A DNA stretch of 63,602 bases, filler included, from Dicyema japonicum (lineage: Eukaryota > Animalia > Dicyemida): assembly GCA_011109175.1 (NCBI GenBank). It is 9 parts of 9 records of this genome, joined end to end, with 100 filler letters (N's around TTAATTAATTAA, not from the genome) between each part and the next. Parts side by side here need not be neighbours in the genome. Positions count along the whole stretch, not along the records: positions 1 to 7,278 come from RDEW01000119.1; positions 7,379 to 20,369 come from RDEW01000219.1; 7 more parts are not named here. One strand, written 5' to 3'. Position numbers and translations under genes: made by a program. The first letter of the stretch is position 1, and each line of letters begins with the position of its first letter. Positions 1 through 9,534 of the stretch are shown one piece after another. Below the pieces are notes generated by a model. The model saw nothing but the letters and a program-made list of their open reading frames with translations. It did no database searches and had not been told where the DNA came from.

Positions 1-645
1 ATCGATTTTATCTTAATCAAGAATTAAATCAAATCTTATTAATAAAAATTTATAATGTAATTAAACTGCCTAATGGGACTTTTGTTCTTGCATTTTACAG
101 ATTAAAATATCAATGTTCGGCTTTGTCTCAGATAGGGCAATACGCAAATCATCTTCTACTTTAAGACGATTTCGATACTTTGACTTTAAATATGCAAGAT
201 GTGACATTGCCGTTTCACACAGATATATTGTGTAAAATGGAATTAACTTCTCTTATCCGACATTAAAACACGTGATTAAAGTGTACAGAAAATTTATTTT
301 TTATATTTAGAGCATCTTTATGAAAAAGAAACAAAGACTACATTAAAAAAATATATTGCAAATATAAAATTCTGGGGACCCCTTTATTTTTTCTTGGGAC
401 CCCCTAGGGGTCCCCAGGGACCCCGTTGAGAAACGCTGNNNNNNNNNNNNAACTTCTCTTATCCGACATTAAAACACGTGATTAAAGTGTACAGAAAATT
501 TATTTTTTATATTTAGAGCATCTTTATGAAAAAGAAACAAAGACTACATTAAAAAAAATATTGCAAATATAAAATTCTGGGGACCCCTTTATTTTTTCTT
601 GGGACCCCCTAGGGGTCCCCAGGGACCCCGTTAAAGAAACGCTGC
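1..645 (-). mobile_element. Internally deleted Buster-type hAT element (family A); its 5' end is present twice either side of a short N gap
   Basis: Minus-strand terminus CAGCGTTTCTCAACGG ends at 438, with a near copy ending about 645. The start (MSDKR, same as 1921) is joined directly to the C-terminal hAT segment LIPFYTIYLCETAMSHLAYLKSKYRNRLKVEDDLRIALSETKPNIDILICKMQEQKSH* at about 70-250. Confidence 0.8.
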
Positions 646-1399
646 CTTACATGATCAATGCAAGATTTCATTGAAAAGAATGTATAATCTAGATTACATT
701 GAGTTATCCAAAAAGAGTATTTTGATTAGTTGTTTAAAAAAGACGTGATAAAATGAATAAATTTTCCTTTTTTAACATAAATAACGATTAAAATAGATAA
801 GTTTATTTAGCCAAATAACGTTTCCTTCTCCTGTATTTTGATTAAGACTCAATCACCTCTTCATTGTTGTTCATCAAAGGGGCAGACATTACAGCTCACC
901 TCTGCGCACTAGGTCTCCCAGAGTCATTTGCCTTTTTTAACATAAATAACGATTAAAATAGATAAGTTTATTTAGCCAAATAACGTTTCCTTCTCCTGTA
1001 TTTTGATTAAGACTCAATCACCTCTTCATTGTTGTTCATCAAAGGGGCAGACATTACAGCTCACCTCTGCGCACTAGGTCTCCCAGAGTCATTTGTGAGT
1101 GTGGCTGGAGTTTTCAAGGTTGGAGAACTTTCAATATTTTCGGGGTTTCGATAAATTTCATTGATTACATTGAAGATCTTAGAGTTGTGCTTTCTCGGGG
1201 TGACTATTTATATAGGAGACGACCATTCTCTCCAAGGTTTTCTTTAACGGAACACGTATTTTAATTAATGAATTAAGTAAATATAAATAATGGAATTATA
1301 CTTGTATGGTAGAATAAATAAAATGACATACACGTCGATGTTGGATGAATATTTAAGTGCATACGAGAATAGCTTTGAGTGTGTATAATTTACTTCGAA

Positions 1400-2096
1400 A
1401 AAATTATAGTTCATTCNTCTGAGACAAAATATCACCAGACATATCGTGAATTCTTCGAGAAATTGTATCATTTGACAAAGGGACCTCTTTGAATCTGGAT
1501 ACAGAATCTGGATGCAAAATTTCGGCCATTGAAATAATAGAAGGTTTTATTAAAAGTTCGCCAGAAGAATGAGGTGCCTTATTTTTTGCAATTATATAAG
1601 CTACCTTTAATTTAAAAAAGAAAAAACCTCGTATGATACGCGAACAGTAGGTTTGGTTTGAAAAAAAGGAGGAAAAGAGGTTATTTTTGGCGTGGAATGA
1701 TAACTTTTTCGCTTAGCGGAGAACTCCTCAAAGCTAAGTTTTGAATATGGATGAACAGACTCCAGATGCCTTTTTAACTTTGCCGGTTTAAGTGAAGTAT
1801 TGTTAAGAATGCTATGGCAAATCATGCATTGAGCCTTATCATAATTGTTATCAGAAGGTCGATATTTTGTGAATCCATATTGAACATAAGATTCAAACCA
1901 GAATCGTTTCTTATCCGACATTAAAACACGTGATTAGAGTGTACAGAAAATGTATTTTTATATTTAGAGCATCTTTATAAAAAAAAGAAACAAAGACTAC
2001 ATTAAAAAAATATATTGCAAATATAAAATTCTGGGGACCCCCTTATTTTTTCTGGGGACCCCTAGGGGTCCCCAGAGACCCCGTTGAGAAACGCTG
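1400..2096 (-). mobile_element. Buster/ZBED-type hAT transposase 5' fragment (family A)
   Basis: Terminus CAGCGTTTCTCAAC at 2096 flanked by GTTTAGAT (nnnTAnnn Buster target pattern). ORF 1607-1921 has a BED-like finger (CMIC...LKPAKLKRHLESVH). Continuation EVPLSNDTISRRIHDMSGDILSQ at about 1420-1530. Confidence 0.85.
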
Positions 2097-2658
2097 GTTT
2101 AGATGACAAAAACAAGTACCCATTCTGGCTTTTCTTGATCGCTCTAAAGGGAGGAAGCTATGCAGAGTCGACATAAGCAAATCAATTAATTAGTTCACTA
2201 GAAAAAATTTAGTTAGCAATTAATAAAGTATTGGAAAGCTTAGTTTTTTATATTCTTGATATTGAGGAAATATTTATTGAAAAGTTTAAGTTAGGGTTTA
2301 GTATTAAATAAATACAGATATTTTGCTACGCTGCGATATTTAAAAATTTATAATACATCATAAGCTTAATTAACGGAATTCAAATATCTAGTAACATATA
2401 AAAGAATTAATTCTGAGAATTACCTCATCTGAATTGATTAGATCCTAGTTCTTTTTCCACGCTTTTAGATATTGAATAACATTGACATTCACTAAGATGA
2501 GTTTTCTATTTTTTGAAGTTTTCTTTTACGTATTATAATTTAAAATATGAAGGAATACTTTTTCCAAAATTAAGATTTTATATTTTCTAATTTTACATCG
2601 ATTGAATTATAAATAATTGATTCTGTAATAAAATTCCATTAGTTAGTTAAATATTGCT

Positions 2659-3649
2659 ATGTTTAATTCGTTTGTTCTTATATTTATTTGGCTAAATCAC
2701 TGTTCTCTATCATTGAGAATTTCAATTAAAACTCAAAACTCATCTGACTATAAAATTATTCATGATGAATTCTACAAAATTTTCGATTTTCCTGAATATT
2801 TAAATTGGACTCAACAAAATGTAGTAACTCCTGTTAAAAACCAATTTCAATGTGGGTCGTGTTATGCTTTTGCGACGGTTGATGAATTTAGAGTATTTTT
2901 AGGTCGGCAGTTTAGAAAGAAATGTAGTAACTCCTGTTAAAAATCAATTTCAATGTGGATCGTGTTATGCTTTTGGGACGGTTGATGAATTTAGAGTATT
3001 TTTAGGTCGCCAGTTTAGAAAGTCAGTACGCATTAAAGTTTAACAAGCTTGTTGCTTTTAGTGAACAAAATGTTATCGACTGCACGTTCAGATTTCAAAA
3101 TATGGGCTGCAAAGGAGGAATGTTTGAAAACATCATTAGTTATATCCTTACAATGGGAGGTCTCGACACTCAAGAAGAGTATCCTTATGAGGGAAGGGTT
3201 TGGTTTGTTTGATTCGTTTTTAGGTAGTCAAGTGTAGATTTCACCATAACAAATTAAGATTGAAAGACAGCGGATATGTTAGCATGGAAAATTTAACAAA
3301 TTACCAACTTCAAAAAATAGTTACAGAAATTGGCCCAGTCACTGTCACCTTAGATTCCATTTCATTTGACTTCATGTTCTACACAAAAGGTAATATTTTT
3401 TTAAACTTTGCAGGAATATTAAAAACTAATGGATATAATCGAAAGAATATGATACATCTTGGACTTTTAGTTGGCTATGGAGTTGAAAATACAATAAAAT
3501 ATTGGCTACTCAAAAACAGGTATTAAATACTCTTCCAGTCGAATAGTTGGGGCACTTCGTGGGGGGAGAGTGGATATTTAAGATTATCAAGAAATAATGA
3601 GAACGCAGCAGGAATAGGAATTCAAATATACTATCCGGTTTTCGAGTAA
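2659..3649 (+). CDS. Papain-family (C1A) cathepsin-L-like cysteine protease with a very short pro-region
   Basis: Signal peptide; QCGSCYAF (catalytic Cys), [11 protein letters not shown] (His) and KNSWG (Asn) after splicing introns 2878-2902 (or 2878-3005, skipping a 103-bp duplication), 3198-3223, 3390-3413 and 3520-3546; stop TAA 3647-3649. Confidence 0.92.
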
Positions 3650-3795
3650 TGTAGTTCTCTCACTCAGGATAATTTTTAATGAATAGATATTTGNTTGGTC
3701 TCCTTCAAAAAAAGAACTAAAATTTGCAACGACACCAAAAAGCATCCTTGACTTGCTCGTTCTATTGGAATCAGTCGTTTCTATAAAGATCGTTT

Positions 3796-4885
3796 CTAGA
3801 ACTTTCTTCGCATCCCAGAGTCTCTGCGAACGGCACAGTTAATTGCTTGACTTTGTATGCGAAGGGGTTTTAATTCCACTACAGCTATCGACTCTTCCCT
3901 TCTGGAGTGTGGAAGTGCCATTTTTGTAGTCTTTTTAAACTAATTTTAAAATAAAACAAAAAACTTTGATTAAATGACATAAAAAAATTAACGAAACCAA
4001 AAGAAATTATTAGAACAAGAATCACAAAGAGAAATGTGAAAAATACCCCCATTTCATCGCCACAAAATGAGGCCGGCATTTTAATTTCAAATCATTGTTA
4101 CTAAGCTTGCATGCTTCCTTCAAGTAATTGAATTGATCACAGTAGACTGTCGGCAAATCTATAGCCAGGCCGCCTTTAATCACCTCAAATTTTTTAAATC
4201 CCAATGTTTTTATTTTTGAGAATTTACTTCCGAATATAATAACTGAATCGATTCCGAGCCTAAAATATCATAGTCGATACAAATACAGTTTTTCTCCTCC
4301 GACATACTCCAAATTTTTAAGAAAATTAAGATTTTTTAATTCATTGGGAACGGAGATGATGACGAATCCCGTCAGTGCTTGGACCCAGCTTAGATATTTC
4401 AAGTTCTCGATTTGAATATCTCTAATTATAGTGATTTACAATTAAGTACTCTCGTGGCATTATAAAAAGACTTCCGATTACGACAGAACAATGTTCAAAT
4501 TGATTGATGTTCGAATTGGTGATCGAAATTACTTCATCCACGATTTCACAAACTATTTTTGTAAAGATAAACATTTCTAAACTATAAGAGTTGTTGAAAA
4601 GGTTCATTTTTATTGCAAGTCCACCGATTAATACTTCCCGTTGTCCGCATTCCAAATCGTTTTCACAATCGTGAATTATTTGTGCTGTGAATATGTTTGT
4701 GATCAAAAAACTTTTAACGAGTGTAGCCCCACAAGGATATTTTATGAAGGAAATTCGCTCTTCGCCGGAATCCAGCATAATTATTTTTGTCTTGTTGCAT
4801 TCTATGGATGAATAATGCGCCAAGTTCCACCTTGTAAATTCACAAGAAAAGCCAAGGAGCTTACAATCGCAAGATAACCGAGCAT
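3796..4885 (-). CDS. Single-pass membrane protein with an EGFR/insulin-receptor-type Receptor L domain, no kinase, 47-aa tail (one apparent 1-nt frameshift)
   Basis: Signal MLGYLAIVSSLAFLVNLQ. After introns 4802-4830, 4422-4449 and 4260-4280 the L-domain reads ITNSNINQFEHCSVVIGSLFI...[37 protein letters not shown]...IKTLGFKKFEVIKGGLAI. TM GVFFTFLFVILVLIISFGF joins only if the G5 run at 4046-4050 is G6. Intron 3940-3992, then tail FKKTTK...RRKF*. Confidence 0.78.
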
Positions 4886-5963
4886 TTTAACGAACGGTAA
4901 ACCAATCTCCTTTTATATTAATCAGGTTGCGTAAGTCTAGAANCCAAGTTCCACCTTGTAAGTTCACAAGAAAAGCCAGGGAGCTTACAATCGCAAGATA
5001 ACCGAGCATTTTAACGAACGGTAAACCAATCTCCTTTTATATTAATCAGGTTGCGTAAGTCTAGAAGGCAGGGCAATCAATAATTTAATAAATACTTATT
5101 ATTACTTCGAACATTGCTTGCTAATTAATCCAATTTAATATCCCGTGACAGACACTTTTTACAAAAATTAAAAAGGAAATAAATTTTAGCCAGACTTGAA
5201 ATAATCCGACACCCCGTGGTTTTCAGACAACTCGTCCATTCCTAAATATTCAGGTTATGATGTAGAACCCTCTCCAACAGTAAATGCAAGATCACATTAA
5301 TTAAATAACTGAGATTTAGTCGTATCATTTTATGGATAAATATAAATTCTGACAATCACGGGCACATCGGGTATAAGATTAACTTATTATAAAATTTCAA
5401 AAATAGGAACCAAATAAATTGTTTATGTTGTAATTTTTACTTAAATAACGAGTAGTTAATATTGTATTAGTATTGATTTATTGAATTGATATTCACATCT
5501 ATTTTTAAATAATATTGAAATCCCTTTTTTCAATTTTGAGATTCAATTATCAGATTTACAACACTGGAAATACCTACCGGATTCAATTTTCTTGCAGGAG
5601 GACGCAGCTTTCTTAATTCTTTATTTATTCTACGCAAGTTTAAAGTCTTTGACAGCTCTAATGGTCAAACAAATCTCAGTTTGCATGCTNNNNNNNNNNN
5701 NNNNNNNNNNNNNNNNNNNNNNNNNNNNNNNNNNNNNNNNNNNNNNNNNNNNNNNNNNNNNNNNNNNNNNNNNNNNNNNNNNNNNNNNNNNNNNNNNNNN
5801 NNNNNNNNNNNNNNNNNNNNNNNNNNNNNNNNNNNNNNNNNNNNNNNNNNNNNNNNNNNNNNNNNNNNNNNNNNNNNNNNNNNNNNNNNNNNNNNNNNNN
5901 NNNNNNNNNNNNNNNNNNNNNNNNNNNNNNNNNNNNNNNNNNNNNNNNNNNNNNNNNNNNNNN

Positions 5964-6062
5964 CAATCAAAATCAGATTTGTTGCAATCAAAATCAGAAT
6001 TGTTGCAATCAAAATCAGATTTGTTGCAACCAAAATCAGAATTGTTGCAATCAAAATCAGAA
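5964..6062 (+). repeat. 21-nt minisatellite array (left inverted end of the DD34E element)
   Basis: About 4.7 visible units of CAATCAAAATCAGA(T/A)TTGTTG; runs into a 274-N gap. Confidence 0.95.
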
Positions 6063-6085
6063 AAGTTAAAAACAACAACATTTAA

Positions 6086-7139
6086 TTAAAAGAACTTATA
6101 TTCGTTAATCGTTTCTCTTCTTTCCGACATACAAATATAACCGAGCATTTCCCTATAAAAAGAATTACAATATTCTCGGGTTATTTCAGTAAATTTTTCT
6201 GAAATCAAGTTTTTTAATTGAGTTTCATTTTGAGCTTTAGCTCTTATAACTAAATTTTTCCAAACAGAGAAAATATTTTCGATGGGATTGAGGAAGGGCG
6301 AATAAGGGGGAAGAAAAAACAAATTAAAATCATTAGAACTGATAAATTCTTTTACACCCAAATAATGATGTATTCGTGCATTATCAGCTATAAAAACTGG
6401 AGATTCAATGTTTTTCACTTTACAAGATTCAATAATTTCTATCAAACCTCGCTTGAAATTCTCACCATTAAGAGCATGATCATAAATTTTATGGAAAATC
6501 ATTCCATATTTATTCATAGCTGCCAAAACAGAGATGCTACGACTTCTTGCAGCTGCTACCCTAACATGAGGTGAAGTCCCTCATTTAGATCGACCTCTTT
6601 TTGGCCTGGTTACAACAGCGAAATGTTACGACTTCTTGCAGCTGCTACCCTAACATGAGGTGAAGTCCCTCATTTAGATCGACCTCTCTTTGGCCTGGTT
6701 ACAACAGCGAAGCCAACTTCATCAATAAAAATAAAATTTGAATTTTCAAATTCTGTTTCGAGTGATCGAAACTTTGAAGCATACTCCAATCTTAAATTTT
6801 TAACTCGATCATCATTTATACAGTACTTCTGCTTACTGAAATGTTATACTCGCTTTTTATGCGTGAAACAATATCAGATACCTTCAAAAGACAATTTTAG
6901 TCAACCCAAGATAAAATTGAGTTTTTTTGCTCCATGTTTAGCTTTGATCTTTTGTCTCCACCTCTTTTTTGTGGAAAAACCTGGCCAGTTTTATTGAACT
7001 TGTCAATAATCGTCCAAACGGTCTTATAATTCAAACCCAATAGAGTAGAAATATATTTTGCAGATATTCCTTCTAAGCTTTTCTCAATGATTCTTTGGCG
7101 ATCGTTTCGCTTCACCAAACACTTTTTCAGATTAGACAT
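6086..7139 (-). pseudogene. DD34E transposase (HTH + DDE_3-like catalytic domain), disrupted
   Basis: HTH GISAKYISTLLGLNYKTVWTII; FIFIDEVGF; VFIADNARIHH...FLPPYSPFLNPIE with 34 residues between D and E; in-frame stops and an 89-bp internal duplication (6538/6627). Confidence 0.88.
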
Positions 7140-7159
7140 GTGTTTAAAAAATTAAAAAA

Positions 7160-7278
7160 AACTTTTCTGATTTTGATTGCAACAATTCTGATTTTATAAT
7201 TGCGACAATTCTGATTTTGATTGCGACAATTCTGATTTTGATTGCAACAAATCTGATATTGATTGCAACAAATCTGAT
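7160..7278 (-). repeat. 21-nt minisatellite array (right inverted end of the DD34E element)
   Basis: Reverse complement of the 5964-6062 array, about 5.5 units; ends at a scaffold spacer. Confidence 0.95.
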
Positions 7279-7322
7279 NNNNNNNNNNNNNNNNNNNNNN
7301 NNNNNNNNNNNNNNNNNNNNNN

Positions 7323-7334
7323 TTAATTAATTAA
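7323..7334. other. Artificial scaffold-joining linker TTAATTAATTAA in a 100-nt N spacer (also 20414, 26202, 41585, 49683, 52231, 59195, 61690)
   Basis: The same 12-mer with stops in all six frames, centred in 44N+44N, occurs eight times. Confidence 0.98.
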
Positions 7335-7380
7335 NNNNNNNNNNNNNNNNNNNNNNNNNNNNNNNNNNNNNNNNNNNNTT

Positions 7381-7520
7381 TTACAAAACGATCTGAAAGC
7401 CGTGAAGAAAACACTGGAAGACTTAGCTAAGAACAGAAGAGCTTGGAGCAAGCTAACTAATTTTCTTTTATTTTTTGCTGCACATATAAATATTATGGCT
7501 CTCGTGAAAGTGCTAATAAT
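7381..7520 (+). mobile_element. 3' end of an RTE-type LINE
   Basis: ORF end QNDLKAVKKTLEDLAKNRRAWSKLT followed by a 3' UTR nearly identical to the minus-strand copy at 58820-59040. Confidence 0.65.
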
Positions 7521-7579
7521 AATCTCGTACCGCGAGCTAAAGCTGCATTAACGGAGTTTTACAATTATTTTATCAACAC

Positions 7580-8280
7580 TCATGTTCTCCAAAATATCTG
7601 AATTTCATGATTCGCTTATTTTAAAAACAGGAAAGCCAAAAGATGACCCTGCTTCTACAGTGTCCAAAGTGTTGGAAAAACTTGTTCTAAAGATAATTTT
7701 CCCGGATCTTTCATCACCTTCCTTCCAACTAGGAGGCATCTTATATATCACAATTTATCATCGATGATTTCAACACATCAAAAATTCATATGCAAACAGT
7801 TTTAATCTCTTGGTATTCGACTTTATATCGATCCTTCTGCTAACAAAAATAGTTATGAGACTTAAAATATGAATGTAAAACTGTTCCTGACCAACTTGCT
7901 TTCCGAGCAACATTGGACGGCAATCACAATTCAATATCCCGTCTTTTTACACCAGTTTACCACAAGGATCCCCACTGTCAATTATTCAACCTTATGTATC
8001 ATATATTCCAAATGTCAATGAACCATAAATTCTGTTCCTAACTTATGTAGATGATATTATTATCGCCGCTATGAACAGATCCCCATCCTTCTCGACTGTT
8101 GTTGTCCAATCACACCTCAACAGGTCGCATCTTCCTACTAAGAATAGAATAGTTTGATCGATAAAAATTCAAAAAACGTCGAGGCAATTATTCTCCCTAA
8201 CTCGAAAAGACGGGCGTAGAAAATAGAAGTTCCAGTCTCCACTACAGCTTCATCACTCAACGTAAAATAGTTGGTATCCG
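7580..8280 (+). pseudogene. Decayed non-LTR reverse transcriptase fragment (I/Jockey-like)
   Basis: LILKTGKPKDDP...SKVLEKLVL, (G)LPQGSPLS and TYVDDIII motifs across frameshifts. Confidence 0.7.
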
Positions 8281-8543
8281 TCTATCGTCATTAACTTTTT
8301 TTGGATTTTGCTTTGTTAACGCATGTGCTATATCAGCGGTTCTCAACCTGGGGTCGATTCGACCCCCAGGGGTCTAAAATCAATTCAGATCAATCGTAAG
8401 GGGGTCGAAAATGTAATACTTGGGGGTTGAAAGTAAATTTAATATATTTAATTTTTTTCAATTTAAATTAAGTTAGTTTATTTTTAAGTGGTTAACCTTT
8501 GNATTCCTGGGGCACAGTGTTAACGCTATAGTATTGGCTATAC

Positions 8544-9534
8544 CAGCGGTTCTCAACCTGGGGTCGATTCGACCCCCAGGGGTCTAAAATCAATCCAGAT
8601 CGATCGTAAGGGGGTCAAAAATGAAATATTTGGGGGGCGAAAATAAATTTAATACATTTAATTTTTTCATTTTAAATTAAGTTAGTCTATTTTTAAAGTA
8701 GTAAACCTTTGTTCTTTAAAATTTTTAGAATTACCATGCTTGTTTTTGTTCGTGTATGAGTCGTCCTTCTACAGTAAAAATTCGTCAATATAAAAATGAA
8801 TTTTTGGCATTTGGATTTATAAAAAATTCTTTTGATGATTGACCATATGCTTACTGTGTTATAAGTCATTATCAAATGATGCAATGAAACTGTCCAAATT
8901 GTTGGATCATCTTAGGAGAAAACATTCGAATAAAAAAAATTAACCATTAGAGTATTTTGAAGAATTAAAGGATTTTTCCGTAAACAAAAAACGATTGACA
9001 CTGTTTTTACAAAAAGTAATGAAAGAAACAATAGTTGTTATTTTAAATTATATTTAGGAGGACTAATTGCATCCTATAAAATTGCAATGAGAGCTATCCA
9101 AAATTGTGGACAGAAATAGCACAATTGCTACTCTATTTTCCGACATCATACTGTGTTGAATGCGGATTTAGCATTCTACATCGAATTGTAAATAAAGAAC
9201 GAAACAGATTGGATGTGTCCATTAGAGGAGATATTCGTTTAAAAATAACACAAATAGTGCCAAATACCGAATCTTTGGTGAAAAAATATCAATCACATAA
9301 ATCCCAATGCTATTTAATTCTTTTTTTATTATAGATTTATGCTAAAATACCATATCGAGTATATACTTTTTTTGTTTGATTTAATTATTAACAATGAATT
9401 CATTTTAGATAGTTAACTAATTTTACTTAGAATTGTCTGTTCTAAATAAAAAAGTTTTAAGGGGTCAATTAAATATTAGGAGGGTCGAAAAAAAGTCAAG
9501 GGGTCGACGAGTAAAAAAAGGTTGAGAACCCCTG
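8544..9534 (+). mobile_element. Non-autonomous Buster-type hAT element (family B), 991 bp, both TIRs and TSD
   Basis: TIRs CAGCGGTTCTCAACC / GGTTGAGAACCCCTG; 8-bp flanks GGCTATAC (8536-8543) and GTCTATAC (9535-9542). Remnants of a BED finger (CYKSLSNDAMKLSKLLDHLRRKH) and the C-terminus (FPTSYCVECGFS...RNRLDV...RLKIT). The left end is duplicated at 8335-8500. Confidence 0.9.

Larger units (their letters stand above)
5964..7278 (-). mobile_element. Tc1/IS630-like DD34E transposon with long inverted ends made of 21-nt tandem repeats
   Basis: Transposase remnants 6086-7139 flanked by inverted arrays of (TGCAATCAAAATCAGA[A/T]TTGT)n. Both arrays share the inner boundary CAAAATCAGAAAAGTT; the outer ends are lost in gaps. 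Confidence 0.85.

Noticed and set aside
5592-6089. Heptad-repeat coiled-coil ORF (QSKSDLL)n and overlapping ORFs through the N gap
   Set aside because: Stop-free reading of a 21-nt array that is mirrored at 7160-7278 as the transposon end; the ORFs consist mostly of N.
7279-7378. Regularly recurring palindromic TTAATTAATTAA motif
   Set aside because: Always centred in an exactly 100-nt N spacer; it is a six-frame-stop assembly linker, not biology.
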